From Longimicrobiales bacterium (GTDB lineage Bacteria; Gemmatimonadota; Gemmatimonadetes; Longimicrobiales; Gaopeijiaceae): a stretch of 64,000 nucleotides of DNA. The notes beneath the pieces are model-generated. The model made no database searches. It saw nothing but the letters and a program-made list of their open reading frames with translations, and was not told the DNA's origin. Of this stretch, positions 51,629 through 62,322 are shown piece by piece. The position numbers were made by a program, and so were the translations under genes. The stretch covers positions 3,328,001 to 3,392,000 of the forward strand of contig OZ241892.1 in assembly GCA_965203485.1 (NCBI GenBank), written 5' to 3'. Within the stretch, counting starts at the first letter, position 1, and every line of letters starts with the position of its first letter.

Positions 51629-52773
51629 TGCCGTTCCTCCTCGTCCCTCAGCCCGAGCCGCACCTGCGACGCCACCGCCGCAACCTCCTTCAAGAAGGCG
51701 TCGTGGCCGAACCGCGACGACAGCGTCGCATGCGCCGCCCGCCCGCCCGCCTTCGCCGCCAAGCGGTCCACCAGCCACGGCGGCACCAGCGTGTCGCTGT
51801 CCACCGAGACGAGAAGCGTGGAGGGCGGCGCCGAGTCCGGGCGCGTGCGGTGCAGGTCGATCGACTCCGAAAGCGCGAGAAAGCGTTCGGGGTCGAAGTC
51901 GCGCGCGAAAGCCGTTCCGCGCGCCTCCAAATAGTCCTCCACCGGGAAGCGTTGGGCGACCCGGCGACCTCTGGCCAGCTGGCGGCGGCCCGGTGGTCCT
52001 GGTGGGTCGGCGGCCGGGCGGCCCTGGCCAGCGGGCGGCCGGGCGCGCGCGCCGCCGCGTCCCCCGTCCGGCAACGCCGCCGAAGAGAAGCGGCCCTCGA
52101 ACTCGCGGGCGCTGCGATACGTGGTCATCGCCAAGGCTCTGGCCAGCGCAAGCCCCTCGCCGTCGAGACCGGCGCGCGCGCCCAGCTGAACCGCCGCCCG
52201 CTGAAGCGACCGAAGCGCCGTCGCCATCGGGTGCGTGCGGTGCGCGGCGCACACGACGACCAGCCGCGACACACGCTCCGGAAACAGTTCGGCGAACGCC
52301 AGCGCGACCATGCCGCCGTAGGACGCTCCTACGAGGTCGGCCGGCCGGCCGTCGAGTTCGTCCAGGACGGCGGCCAGCGCGCGTGCTTGGTCGTGGGTCG
52401 TGACCGGCCGAAGCAGCCCGGCGCCCGACGGCCCGCCGAGAAAGTCGATGCCCACCAGCCTCCGCCGAGCCGGATCGAGCGCCCGGTGCCGCCCCACTAG
52501 CCCGGACCACCACCCCGGACGCGGATCGAAAGCGGTCGGCGCCAAGTGCCTGCCTGCCGAAATGCCGCCGAGGACGACCGTCGGCCGCGCGTAGGCGGGG
52601 CCATGCACCTCGAAGAAGACGGGCGTCCGGCGCCGCCCGAGATGGTCGAAGCGGATGCGCGGGCGGATCGTGCCGGCCTGCGCCTGGGCGGACGCAGGCA
52701 CGAAGGAATCCCGCGCGGTCGCGGGACGATGCTGCTGGGGGGGCCGCGCGAGCGCGGCGGAATTGCGTGTCAT
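51625..52773 (-). CDS. metX: Homoserine O-acyltransferase (MetX, alpha/beta hydrolase fold)
   Basis: GGISA, GWW, GASYGGMV, YRS, GHDAFL; lies between a SAM riboswitch and metB. Confidence 0.88.
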   Translation of the reverse strand: MTRNSAALARPPQQHRPATARDSFVPASAQAQAGTIRPRIRFDHLGRRRTPVFFEVHGPAYARPTVVLGGISAGRHLAPTAFDPRPGWWSGLVGRHRALDPARRRLVGIDFLGGPSGAGLLRPVTTHDQARALAAVLDELDGRPADLVGASYGGMVALAFAELFPERVSRLVVVCAAHRTHPMATALRSLQRAAVQLGARAGLDGEGLALARALAMTTYRSAREFEGRFSSAALPDGGRGGARARPPAGQGRPAADPPGPPGRRQLARGRRVAQRFPVEDYLEARGTAFARDFDPERFLALSESIDLHRTRPDSAPPSTLLVSVDSDTLVPPWLVDRLAAKAGGRAAHATLSSRFGHDAFLKEVAAVASQVRLGLRDEEERQ

Positions 52774-52871
52774 GAGGCGTGTTCTCCCGGAGTTGGAGTG
52801 GCCTCATCGGACTCCCGGAGAATCGACGCCCCGAAGTGCTTCCGGCTGCCGCGCCATCGGCGCGGTGGGCG

Positions 52872-52993
52872 CTCATCTTTGCCAGCGAACGGCTTCCAGG
52901 TTCGCTGCAGGAGTTGGCACATCAGTGGAAGAAGCCACCTTCCACAGGTTGCCCCGGCGTCGTAGGGCCTGTCCCTCGACCGGTCTCGATGAG
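52872..52993 (-). ncRNA. SAM-I riboswitch
   Basis: Minus strand reads CTCATCGAGA...GAGGGACAGGCCCTACGACGCCGGGGCAACC...GTGCCAACTCCTGCAG...CTGGCAAAGATGAG; P1 is CTCATC/GATGAG; upstream of metX. Confidence 0.92.
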
Positions 52994-53162
52994 TTGTCGC
53001 AGGAAGAACGGTAACCAAAGGACGCGGAGCGCGTCAACCCCCGCTTGGGGCCGCAACGGCGGAGCGGCCCGCAGTCGGCGGACGCAACAAGTCCAAGGAA
53101 GGCCTGAACGCTGCCGCGTGGCTGGACCGAAGACGACCCGGGTCGCCCGCTCCCGGCTTTGA

Positions 53163-54359
53163 CTAACGTCTGATCCGGAGGCGCGTCACATAGGGCGCAA
53201 GGTCGTCGCCGATGCCGGCCAGGAGCAGGTACCGGGGGGTGGCGTAAGCTGGCAACGAACCCAACAACTCGGTTGCCACGGGTTCGGGCAACGTCGCTCG
53301 CCCCAGATACTCGCCCGCGGGCCCGAATGCGTCGATCGCCGTCCCGCCGCGAACCGCGCTGGTCTCGGGCACCACGTACAAGGTCCCTGTCCCGTCAGCG
53401 AAAATGGCTCGGAGGATGGGCTTCTCGTCGGGCAGTCCGGCAAGGCGGTCTTCGGCTTCGGGGCTGTCGGCCAGGAGATCGCGAACCGCATCCGCGTCGG
53501 CTTGCGTCACCGGCGCCGGGGCTTCGTCCAACGAGACGGCAAGGAGCGTGTCGCCTTCCAGCGAACGCTTGTAGATGCGGTATTCGCGGGAATGGCCGAA
53601 CCAGATGTCGCGCCCGTTCTCCAGGGCGTACAGGAAGGAGCCGGCGTAGAAGTTCCTGTAGGTTGCTCTGCCTCCGACCTGCACCATCTCCGCCGCGTAC
53701 TCGAGCGGAGGAAACGAATCCGCCGGCTTCGCTCCGGCGTCGGCGTTCTCGGGAGGCGGGCTTCCGTCCTCGCCGCCGCCGAGAACGAAGGGCCAGACCT
53801 GCGTCTCGGCGGGAAGGCCGCCGTGCACCCGTCCGGGAAAATCAACTCTCCAGTCCGTGTAGCGACCGTCCCGGCCGACGGACCGGTCCCACTCTCCGGT
53901 CCCGGGATACCCTCGCCCACGCCGGGCCAAGGCGGCCACGAATTCGCCGCCGCGCTCGAAGACGGACACGCGAGCCGTCGCCGGGTCGGGCACCCAGATC
54001 CGGTTGCTGGGGCCGACGCTGACGCCGGAGGCTCTCGAGAACTCCCCCGGCCCCTCGCCGCTTCGCCCGATGGCATGGGAGTAGGCGCCGCTCGGGCCGA
54101 AGACGAACACCTGCTGGTCCGTCCGATCGAGAACGTAGATGTAGTCGTCGGCGTCGGCGGCAATCGCTTCGATTACGCCGAAGCCCTCGGGCGGGCCCAC
54201 GATCCTGAATTCCTCTTCGAGAAACCATCCGGCGCCGGGACTCCGTGCGGAATTCGGGGCGGCGCGGTCGTCGCAGGCCGCGAGGGCCAGCAGGAGGGCG
54301 AAGGCGGTCGCCGGAGCAAGCGCCCCATGCGAAGCGACTGTTCTGCGCAAGGTTGTCAT
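53163..54359 (-). CDS. 6-bladed beta-propeller lipoprotein
   Basis: LAAC lipobox; IYVLD, IGRSGEGPGEF NHL-like repeats. Confidence 0.8.
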   Translation of the reverse strand: MTTLRRTVASHGALAPATAFALLLALAACDDRAAPNSARSPGAGWFLEEEFRIVGPPEGFGVIEAIAADADDYIYVLDRTDQQVFVFGPSGAYSHAIGRSGEGPGEFSRASGVSVGPSNRIWVPDPATARVSVFERGGEFVAALARRGRGYPGTGEWDRSVGRDGRYTDWRVDFPGRVHGGLPAETQVWPFVLGGGEDGSPPPENADAGAKPADSFPPLEYAAEMVQVGGRATYRNFYAGSFLYALENGRDIWFGHSREYRIYKRSLEGDTLLAVSLDEAPAPVTQADADAVRDLLADSPEAEDRLAGLPDEKPILRAIFADGTGTLYVVPETSAVRGGTAIDAFGPAGEYLGRATLPEPVATELLGSLPAYATPRYLLLAGIGDDLAPYVTRLRIRR

Positions 54360-54602
54360 GCGTCTAGTTCCAGGCCCCGTGCTGTTCGCGACCGGCGCTG
54401 CTGCGGGTGAGGGCTGCCGCCGTGTCCGACACGCTCAAGGAAAAGAGGGCCGAAGCGGACAGCAGTCTCTTCCGACGACTTCCCCAAGGGAAAGGTAGGC
54501 GGAGCGCTTGGGTTCGCCAAACCCGTTTGCGCATCCCCCCCGGGCGTCCTATCGTGAAGCGCGGACGCGGACACGAGCAACCCGACAGCCGCGAGGCGCC
54601 GA

Positions 54603-55238
54603 ATGCTTCAACCCGACTTCATCGAATTGAGGAGGGGCGGCTTCACCCGCCGCAAGTTCGTCAAGGGCGTGATCGCCGCGGGCGCGACCGTCTCGGCGGC
54701 GGGCTACTTGTTCCGGGAAGGAGGCTTGTCGGCCCTTGGGCTCACGGCCCAGGGCGCAGTAGAGCGCATGGTCGCGCTGACCGTCAACGGCCGCCAACGC
54801 CGCGTGGACGTGATGAAGCAGGAGACGCTGGCCATGACGCTCCGCTACAAGCTCGGTCTCACGGGCACCAAGCTGGGGTGCGACCGGGCCGAGTGCGGCG
54901 CCTGCACGGTGCTGATCGACGGCGTGGCCCACTACGGCTGCTCCATCCTGACCCACTCCGTGCGAGGGCGCGCCGTCACGACGATCGAGGGGCTGGAGCA
55001 GGAAGACGGGACGCTCCACCCGGTCCAGCAGGCCGTCATGGACGAGGGCGGCTTCCAGTGCGCCTTCTGCGCGCCGGGATTCGCGATGAGCATGACCGCC
55101 ATGCTCGCCAAGAACCCGAACCCCACCCGCGACGAGGCCGCCATGGCGCTCTCGGGCAACCTCTGCCGCTGCGGCGACTACGACAAGATCCTGAACACGG
55201 CGATGCGGGCGGCGAAGCTGGCCCGCGCCCGCGCCTGA
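54603..55238 (+). CDS. Xanthine dehydrogenase-family 2Fe-2S subunit with Tat signal (PaoA/YagT-like)
   Basis: TRRKFVK; GCDRAECGACT, QCAFCAPG, NLCRC. Confidence 0.92.
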   Translation: MLQPDFIELRRGGFTRRKFVKGVIAAGATVSAAGYLFREGGLSALGLTAQGAVERMVALTVNGRQRRVDVMKQETLAMTLRYKLGLTGTKLGCDRAECGACTVLIDGVAHYGCSILTHSVRGRAVTTIEGLEQEDGTLHPVQQAVMDEGGFQCAFCAPGFAMSMTAMLAKNPNPTRDEAAMALSGNLCRCGDYDKILNTAMRAAKLARARA

Positions 55239-55328
55239 CCCGGTGCGCGACCCGCAGAGCGCGCGACGACGCGAGGCCGAGTCGGCCCGCACGCGGACCT
55301 GACCCTACCGAAGAGGGGGAGCGAACCA

Positions 55329-57722
55329 ATGGCCGAGAACCTGATCGGCGCCGACATCGCCCCGCCCGACCTGCGAGCCAAGATCACCGGCCGCGCCCGC
55401 TACGCCGAGGACTTCCGGGCCGAGGGCATGGTGTTCGCGAAGTTGCTGGCGAGCCCCATGCCTCACGCGCGGGTGCGCGGCGTGGACGCGCGCGCGGCCG
55501 AGGCGATGGAGGGCGTGCTGGGGATTCTTCGCGCCTCCGACTTGCCGGGCGACGACCCGGGCCGCGAGAAGGCGCTCACCGACGAGCCCAAGTACGAGGG
55601 CGAGCCGATTCTGGCGGTGGCGGCGGTGGACGAGACCACGGCGGCGGCGGCGGTCGAGGCGATCCGGGTGGACTTGGAGCCGTTGCCGTTCGTGCTGGAC
55701 CCGCTGGACAGCCTGCGCGAGGGCGGGCCGGACGCGCGCTTGGACGGGAACGTGAGGCGCGGGCGCGAAGTCGAGACGCTCAAGTGGCCGGACGCGGTGT
55801 TCGAGGAGGCCGGGCCGGACACGTTGCCGATGGGCGAGGCGACGGTCGAATGGGCCGTGGGCGACGTGGAGGCGGGCTTCGCGGCGGCGGACGCCGTCGT
55901 GGAGGAGACGATCGTCCACCAGTCGGTCACGCACCATCCCATGGAGCCCCGTAGCTGCATGGCGTACTGGCAGAACGGCAAGCTCTTCCTGCACGGCTCC
56001 ACGCAGAGCACGGCGCGCACCCGGCCCGCGGTCGCCGCCATGCTGGACATCGACGCGGACGACGTCGTGCTCGTGGCCGAGTACTGCGGCGGCGGCTTCG
56101 GCAGCAAGATCGCGGGCTCGCCGATCATGGCCGTGCCAGCGGCGCTCTCGCGCAAGATCGGCCGTCCGGTCATGCTGCGCGTCACCCGCTACGAGGAGAA
56201 CTACATCGGCCGCGCCCGCGCCGGATTCCAGGGCTGGGCGCGCCTGGGCTTCCGCGCCGACGGGCGCATGACCGCGCTCGACCTCTACCTCGTCCAGGAC
56301 AGCGGCCCCTACGGCGCTTCGGACTTCACGACCGCCGGGCTGGTCTCGTCCCTCTCCTACCAGCCCGAGAACATGCGCTTCCGCGGAGTGCCCGTGTACA
56401 CCAACACGCCGCCCCGCTCGGCCCAGCGCGCTCCCGGCGGCGCCCAGATCGTGGCCATGCTCGAGCCCCTCGTCGACAAGGCGGCGCGCGAGCTGAACGT
56501 GGACCGGCTGGAGATTCGCAAGATCAACGCGGCGGGCCACGACGGCTGGGTCGGCGCCAACCAGGGCGGGCTCACCAGCGCGTACGTGCGCGAGGCGCTC
56601 GACCTGGGCGCGAGCGTGTTCGACTGGGACGCGAAGAAGGCCCTCTCAGGCCGCCGGGAAGGGACCCGCGTGACCGGCGTCGGCATCGGCCTGAGTCCGT
56701 TCGTCAGCGGCACCACCGGCTTCGACGGACTGCTCGTGGTGCGCCCGGACGGCAAGCTCCACGTCCACCAGGGCATCGGCAATCTGGGCACGCACTCCAT
56801 CGCCGACACGGCCCGCGCCGCCGCGCAGGTTCTGGACCTCGCCTGGGACCAGGTGGCCGTCGTCTGGGGCGACACCAGCAAGCACCTGCCGTGGAGCTCC
56901 GTGCAGGCCGGCAGCCAGACCACGCACGCGCACACGCGGGCCAACCACGCGGCGGCCGAGGCGCTGGTGGGCCTGTTGCAGGAACTCGCGGCGCGGGACT
57001 TGGGCGGCTCGCCCGGCGACTACCGCGTGGCGGACGGGCGGGTCTTCCGGGCGCGCGACCGTTCCGTGGGGATGGACTTCGCGCGCGCGGCCCGGCGGGC
57101 GATCGAGCTGGGCGGCAAGTTCAGCGGCGGAGAGGCGCCCGACGACCTGCACGCCATGACCAAGGCGTCGGTGGCCGGCCTGGCGGGCTCCGGCCTCGTG
57201 GCCGCGGCCAAGGACAACTATCCCCGCGAAGGCGCCACGTTCTCGTGGGTGATCGGATTCTGCCAAGTGGAGCTGGACGTCGAGACGGGCCAAGTCGAGA
57301 TCGTGGACTTGGCTTCGTCCGCCGACTGCGGCACCGTGCTGCACGCCCGCAGCCTGGCCGCGCAGACCAACGGCGGCCTGATCCAGGGCGTCGGCATGGC
57401 CATGAGCCAGCGCTGGGTGTTCGACCCCAAGTGGGGCATTCCCTTCACCAAGCGCTTCTACACGGCCCGCCCGCCCGGCATCCTGGACGTGCCCCGCAGC
57501 CTTCGCTTCGCCGCCGTGGACCAGCCCGACCCGCAGACTCCGGTCGGCGCCAAGGGCATCGGCGAGCCCCCGGTCGGCGCCGGCGAGGCCGCCTACGCCT
57601 GCGCCGTGGCCGACGCGATGGGAGGCCGCTGCCTCTGCCGCACGCCGCTCACGGCCGACATGATCCTGGCGGAGCTCGAGGGCCGGCCGAGGCCGTACGG
57701 GACGCTGGAGACCCATGTCTGA
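55329..57722 (+). CDS. Xanthine dehydrogenase-family molybdopterin-binding subunit
   Basis: KITGRARY, MEP, GGGFGSK, QRAPG, GAKGIGEPP. Confidence 0.93.
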   Translation: MAENLIGADIAPPDLRAKITGRARYAEDFRAEGMVFAKLLASPMPHARVRGVDARAAEAMEGVLGILRASDLPGDDPGREKALTDEPKYEGEPILAVAAVDETTAAAAVEAIRVDLEPLPFVLDPLDSLREGGPDARLDGNVRRGREVETLKWPDAVFEEAGPDTLPMGEATVEWAVGDVEAGFAAADAVVEETIVHQSVTHHPMEPRSCMAYWQNGKLFLHGSTQSTARTRPAVAAMLDIDADDVVLVAEYCGGGFGSKIAGSPIMAVPAALSRKIGRPVMLRVTRYEENYIGRARAGFQGWARLGFRADGRMTALDLYLVQDSGPYGASDFTTAGLVSSLSYQPENMRFRGVPVYTNTPPRSAQRAPGGAQIVAMLEPLVDKAARELNVDRLEIRKINAAGHDGWVGANQGGLTSAYVREALDLGASVFDWDAKKALSGRREGTRVTGVGIGLSPFVSGTTGFDGLLVVRPDGKLHVHQGIGNLGTHSIADTARAAAQVLDLAWDQVAVVWGDTSKHLPWSSVQAGSQTTHAHTRANHAAAEALVGLLQELAARDLGGSPGDYRVADGRVFRARDRSVGMDFARAARRAIELGGKFSGGEAPDDLHAMTKASVAGLAGSGLVAAAKDNYPREGATFSWVIGFCQVELDVETGQVEIVDLASSADCGTVLHARSLAAQTNGGLIQGVGMAMSQRWVFDPKWGIPFTKRFYTARPPGILDVPRSLRFAAVDQPDPQTPVGAKGIGEPPVGAGEAAYACAVADAMGGRCLCRTPLTADMILAELEGRPRPYGTLETHV

Positions 57723-57758
57723 GCGCCGCGGCCCCCGCACACCGAAGAGGACCTGACC

Positions 57759-58766
57759 ATGGCAGTCATCCGCGACATGATTCCGCCCTTCGAGCTCTAC
57801 CAGCCGACGGACGTCGACGCCGCGCTGAGCCTCTTGCGGGAACATCGCGACGACGCCTGGGTGCTCGCGGGCGGGCTGGACAGCTTCGACTGGTTCAAGG
57901 ACCGGATCAAGCGGCCCTCCACGGTGATCGACCTGGGCGGCGTGGAAGCGCTCAAGGGCATCCGCGAACGCGACGACGGCGGCCTGGCGATCGGCGCCAT
58001 GACCAGCCTCGCGGACGTGGCCGAGGACGAGGCGGTGCGAGCGTCCTATCCCCTGCTGGCCGAATCCGCCGGCCTCGTCGCCACGCCCCAGATCCGCAAC
58101 CAGGGCACGCTGGGCGGCAACATCGCCCAGGACACGCGTTGCTGGTACTACCGCAGTGGATGGCCCTGCTACCGCGCGGGCGGCAACATCTGCTACGCGG
58201 CCACGCCCCGCTCCATGAACCGCGAGCACTGCATCCTGGGCGCCAGCCGCTGCGTGGCGGTGAATCCGTCCGACACTGCGCCCGCCCTGGTCGCGCTGGA
58301 CGCGCAGATGCTCGTTGCCCGCCGCGGCGGCGAACATCAACAAGGCTACGCCGCCGCCGACTTCTTCGTCGGCCCGGCCATCGACATCACCCGCATGACC
58401 GTCCTGGAGCCCGGCGATCTGCTGACGAGCATAGTCTTGCCCGCACCGCGCCCCGGCGTCCGCTGGTACTTCGAAAAGGTTCGCGACCGCAAGGCCTGGG
58501 ACTTCTCGCTGGCCAGCGTCGCCTCCGTGCTGGAGATGGACGGCGGCCGCATGCGCGACGCGAGAATTTCCGTCAACGGCGTGGCGCCCGTCCCCGTGCG
58601 TTGCAAAGCCGCCGAAGCGATCGTGCGCGGCCAAGCGCCCGGCGACGAGATCGCCTTGGCGGCGGGCGAGGCGGCCGTGGAAGACGCCCATCCATTGCGC
58701 CACAACGACTACAAGATCGCGCTCATGCGCAATTTGGTGCGCAGGGCGGTGCGCGATGCGGCGTGA
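57759..58766 (+). CDS. Xanthine dehydrogenase-family FAD subunit (PaoB/YagS-like, Cys-rich insert)
   Basis: LAGGLD, QIRNQGTLGGN, RCWYYR...CYRAGGNIC...C.AVNPSD. Confidence 0.92.
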   Translation: MAVIRDMIPPFELYQPTDVDAALSLLREHRDDAWVLAGGLDSFDWFKDRIKRPSTVIDLGGVEALKGIRERDDGGLAIGAMTSLADVAEDEAVRASYPLLAESAGLVATPQIRNQGTLGGNIAQDTRCWYYRSGWPCYRAGGNICYAATPRSMNREHCILGASRCVAVNPSDTAPALVALDAQMLVARRGGEHQQGYAAADFFVGPAIDITRMTVLEPGDLLTSIVLPAPRPGVRWYFEKVRDRKAWDFSLASVASVLEMDGGRMRDARISVNGVAPVPVRCKAAEAIVRGQAPGDEIALAAGEAAVEDAHPLRHNDYKIALMRNLVRRAVRDAA

Positions 58767-58776
58767 GGGGCGCTAG

Positions 58777-59649
58777 ATGGATTTCCTCCGGCGCGCCCTG
58801 AACCCCTGGGGCGAGAGCGTCCTGATCGGCGTTTCGTGGGACTTGATCTGGGCGGCGGTGGCCGTGGGCGCGCTGTTCGTTGCCGTACACGCCTTGCTGG
58901 TGCCCAAGAAGAAGGGGACGGGGCCGGTGGATCCGGCGGAAGCCGCGGGCTTGCCCGAGAAGATCCTGCGTCACACGACAGGCGCGCGGGCGTTTCATTG
59001 GTCGATGACCGTGGCCATGTTCGTGCTTCTGATCACCGCCTTCTTTCCGTTGCTGGGCATTCGCTTTCCGTGGGTGACGATTCACTGGATCGCTGGCTTC
59101 GGGCTGATTCTGACGGTTGTCTATCACATCTACCACGTGTTCGCCAAGCAGGACATCCGCACGATGTGGATGGGACGGCGCGACGTGGAGGAGACGGCGC
59201 GCAACTTGAAGCGGGCCCTCCGGGCGACGGACGAGGACCCGCCCCGCCCCGGCAAGTATCCGGCGGACCAGAAGATGTTCCACCATGCGGCCACGGTCGT
59301 GACCTTGGGCGCCGTGGCGACGGGCGTGCTCATGATGTTCCGCATCGACCACGTTCTCTGGGAGCAGAACCCCTACATCCTGAGCGACGCGGCCTGGGGA
59401 TGGGTGTACGTGATCCACGGCATCTGCGGCATCGGCCTCATCTTCCTGGTCATCGCGCACGTGTACTTCGCGATTCGGCCCGAGAAGCGTTGGATGACGT
59501 GGTCGATGATCAACGGCTGGATCGGACGCGACCGCTATCTGCAGAACCACGATCCGAAGCGGTGGGCGGTGGCGGAGGGCGGAGAAGGAGAACCGCGATC
59601 GCGGCATCGTCCGGCCAAGGGGAAACGGCGCCCCCGGCGGCCCTCGTGA
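58777..59649 (+). CDS. Membrane cytochrome b (formate dehydrogenase gamma/FdnI-like)
   Basis: RAFHW, IHWIAG, GKYPADQK, VIHG, IAHVYF...MING. Confidence 0.85.
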   Translation: MDFLRRALNPWGESVLIGVSWDLIWAAVAVGALFVAVHALLVPKKKGTGPVDPAEAAGLPEKILRHTTGARAFHWSMTVAMFVLLITAFFPLLGIRFPWVTIHWIAGFGLILTVVYHIYHVFAKQDIRTMWMGRRDVEETARNLKRALRATDEDPPRPGKYPADQKMFHHAATVVTLGAVATGVLMMFRIDHVLWEQNPYILSDAAWGWVYVIHGICGIGLIFLVIAHVYFAIRPEKRWMTWSMINGWIGRDRYLQNHDPKRWAVAEGGEGEPRSRHRPAKGKRRPRRPS

Positions 59650-60020
59650 CGCGCGACGACCTCAAGGCGCGCATCGACCACATCGAGGAGGCGTACGAGT
59701 TCTGCTTGGCGTACGCCGCCCAAGGGCTGTCCGGCGACGCGGCGGACGCGAGCAGCGATCAGGCGCGCGACTTCCTGCAACGCTTCGACAGCGCGCTCGA
59801 CGGCCTGGCGGACGGGTTCCGGGCGCTCCTGCCCGGCGCCGCCGATCATGAAGCGGCCGTCTCCGTGCTGGAGCGCGACGCGGCGGCCACCCGGGCGCTG
59901 GTTCGGCTTGCGCTGGCACAGCCGGGGCTTTCCTCGCAACTCGTGGACAACCTGAACGCTTCGATACACGTGCGCGCCCTGCTGACCGACGTCTTCTTCT
60001 TGGGCGACTTGGTCGGCTAG
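59646..60020 (+). CDS. Hypothetical helical protein in the oxidoreductase operon
   Basis: GTGA overlap; IEEAYEFCLAYAAQG...SSQLVDNLNASIHVRALLTD. Confidence 0.7.
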   Translation: MTRDDLKARIDHIEEAYEFCLAYAAQGLSGDAADASSDQARDFLQRFDSALDGLADGFRALLPGAADHEAAVSVLERDAAATRALVRLALAQPGLSSQLVDNLNASIHVRALLTDVFFLGDLVG

Positions 60021-60026
60021 TCCGTT

Positions 60027-61388
60027 CTACCGGGTCTCGCTTCGACTTCCAGTGGGATTTACGGGCTGTTTGCTCCACTCCCGGAGTACCGCCATGATTT
60101 CTCGCATGACGCCGTTGACGCATTTCTTGAGTTCGTCGAGGTCGTCGCCGGCATGAACGGTCGCGATTCGTTGCTCAGGCTCCGGATCGCGGCTGTCGAG
60201 CTTGAATCTCCACGCGCCGTCACCTGTTCTTTCTGTTGACAGGATCATCCCCCGGCGAGTCGCCCGAAAGTCGTGGAAGAAAGCAACGGCATTCATTCGC
60301 AAGAACATTGCATCTTGAGGGAGGTCGCTTATCTCACCCGTGAAAGGCAATCCAACTTCCCTTTTTGCTCCATCGCTCCCGAGGAAGCTTAACGTCCCGG
60401 CGACTTCGATCTTGACAAAAAACGATGCCAGCGATTCTGCCTTGTCGTGAAGGTATCCGTACAAGGGGAGTACTGTGTCGATGGCCAGTGCCCTTGCGTG
60501 AATCGGCCCGCCTTCGCCCGAAGGCGCCGCCATCTCGCGCTTGAAGACGGCGATCTCCCGGTCGATGTCGCCGGGTTCCTCTATGGATTCTCCGCGCGCG
60601 GCTCGCAGGTGCAGTTCCAGGCTGTACCGGCAACACTCGGCGATATACTGAATGAATTCAGCCAGGCTCCCCGTCGCTTGCGCCTGCTCGATCTCGGCGA
60701 TGTATCGGTCCCGTCCGTCTCGCTGGACCATGGCAATCGTGTACCCGTGCCTCATCAGGATCAGGTTCATCAGCAAGCGCGCCATTCGGCCGTTCCCGTC
60801 GTCGAAGGGATGAATCTGCACGAACCGGTAGTGAAACGTGGCCGCTATGACGATGGGGTGTTCGCCTTCGGCTTCCTTGGTGCGCTGCCAGTCCATCAGG
60901 TCGCTCATCATCGGCTGGACCTGTTCCGGAGGCGCGAAGTGGTGCATCTCGCCCGTCTGCGTCTGCACGTTGTTGGGGCTCTTCTTGTACTCGCCGACGG
61001 CGATGGTCCGCATGGCGCGTCGCCCGTCAGGAGTCTCGGCGGGCGCCTCGTAGGGCTCCTTCAGAAGGATCTTGTGCAGGTTGCGACTGAACGCTTGATT
61101 GAGCGCGTCGTCTTTTGCAACCGCTTCCTCGATTGCCTTCACGGCGTCGTCGTGCCCTTTGATGTCCAAGTGGTCCCGCAACGGCTTGCCGCGAGCGGTG
61201 AGGCCGTGGAGGATTAGCGATCGCGTCTCGCCCAAGGTCAGAACGTTGCCTTCAATGGCGTTGGAGTGGTAGTTCCACTCGATCCTCAGCTTCTGCGCCA
61301 CGCGGCCCACGGCCTCCGCCGGCAAGGGACGGCAATCGTCCAGTTCGGCTTTCAGCCGGTCGATCTCGGCAATGGCGTCGGTGGCCAT
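60027..61388 (-). CDS. Fic family protein
   Basis: YHSNAIEGN and HPFDDGNGRMAR; AGGAG RBS before ATG 61388. Confidence 0.92.
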   Translation of the reverse strand: MATDAIAEIDRLKAELDDCRPLPAEAVGRVAQKLRIEWNYHSNAIEGNVLTLGETRSLILHGLTARGKPLRDHLDIKGHDDAVKAIEEAVAKDDALNQAFSRNLHKILLKEPYEAPAETPDGRRAMRTIAVGEYKKSPNNVQTQTGEMHHFAPPEQVQPMMSDLMDWQRTKEAEGEHPIVIAATFHYRFVQIHPFDDGNGRMARLLMNLILMRHGYTIAMVQRDGRDRYIAEIEQAQATGSLAEFIQYIAECCRYSLELHLRAARGESIEEPGDIDREIAVFKREMAAPSGEGGPIHARALAIDTVLPLYGYLHDKAESLASFFVKIEVAGTLSFLGSDGAKREVGLPFTGEISDLPQDAMFLRMNAVAFFHDFRATRRGMILSTERTGDGAWRFKLDSRDPEPEQRIATVHAGDDLDELKKCVNGVMREIMAVLREWSKQPVNPTGSRSETR

Positions 61389-61425
61389 GGTGGTCTCCTT
61401 CTGGGGCGCGACAAGGCCAATATGC

Positions 61426-61615
61426 GTGTCCTCGTGTGGGCCGCAAGGCCGCGGCATGAACGTGCCGTCGCGCTCTTCGGTATCTTCGACCATGCGCAGA
61501 GCCGCCGCCGGCCGGCAGACGCGCGCGCTTCGGCGTCCCGCCGCGCTCGAGTTCGGAATGCCCTTGCACGCCCCCACGTCCGAGCCAGCCGAAAAGGAGT
61601 AGTATCATGATATCA
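61426..61615 (+). repeat. Diverged ~190-bp direct repeat, copy 1
   Basis: Shares blocks GTGTCCTCGT, CTTCGGTATCTTCG, TTCGGCGTCCC, ACGTCCGAGCCAGCC and GTATCATGATATCA with 63472-63662. Confidence 0.8.
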
Positions 61616-61719
61616 TTCACTTCACGAGGAAGCCTTGCCGTCCGTCGCGGGGCACGCTTCGCAGGACGGGCGCCGAGGTGATCCTGGAGCCTGCGCCCGG
61701 CAGCGGCTTGAGCGTCCAC

Positions 61720-61985
61720 GAAGAGGCCGGCGTAGCCCCCTTGACCGGGCCGCTCGGACCGCGGCCGACCTGCGTTGGGCCTAAACCGCTAGGAGATAAC
61801 GCTTGGCGTAGGTGGAGAGCGCCCCGATGCAGTGCCGCTGGCCCGCCGCGAAGAGCATGTCGAGCGCAAGCGTGGACTTGTCCGACCCCGACGGCGCGGT
61901 CAGCACGACCAGCGAGTCGCACGGAACATCGAGATCGACCCCCTTGAGGTTGTGCTGGCCCGCGAAAGCGGATGGCGTCCTTACG
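61720..61985 (-). pseudogene. uvrA: Degraded 5' fragment of uvrA
   Basis: QHNLKGVDLDVPCDSLVVLTAPSGSDKSTLALDMLFAAGQRHCIGALSTYAKRYL matches the UvrA N-terminus with a decayed Walker A. Bounds approximate. Confidence 0.75.
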
Positions 61986-62322
61986 TCCGGGCGTCCCCGC
62001 CGAGGTCGCGTTCCCTTCGAGCCTTCGGTTCGACTGCGCCCGGTCCCCTGCGTGTAGCGCCGGTGTCGGGAAGCCGGCGGACTCGGCTTCACGGGTGGGT
62101 CGCTGGCGGTCCAGCGCCAGTGGCCGCGAAGGGCGGAGTTCTCTTCGAAACGCCTTGTGTCGCAAGGAGAATCGATGGTCGGTGGGGCCTCCTTCGGGCG
62201 TGGTGGCGCGATCCGGGATTGCCATTCCCCGGCGAGTTGCCCACCTTCAAGGCGAGTCCTCCGTGTCTTGGCGAGCGCTGGATGGATCCAGACAATTCCT
62301 TCGCCAAACAGGAGTTGCCCGC

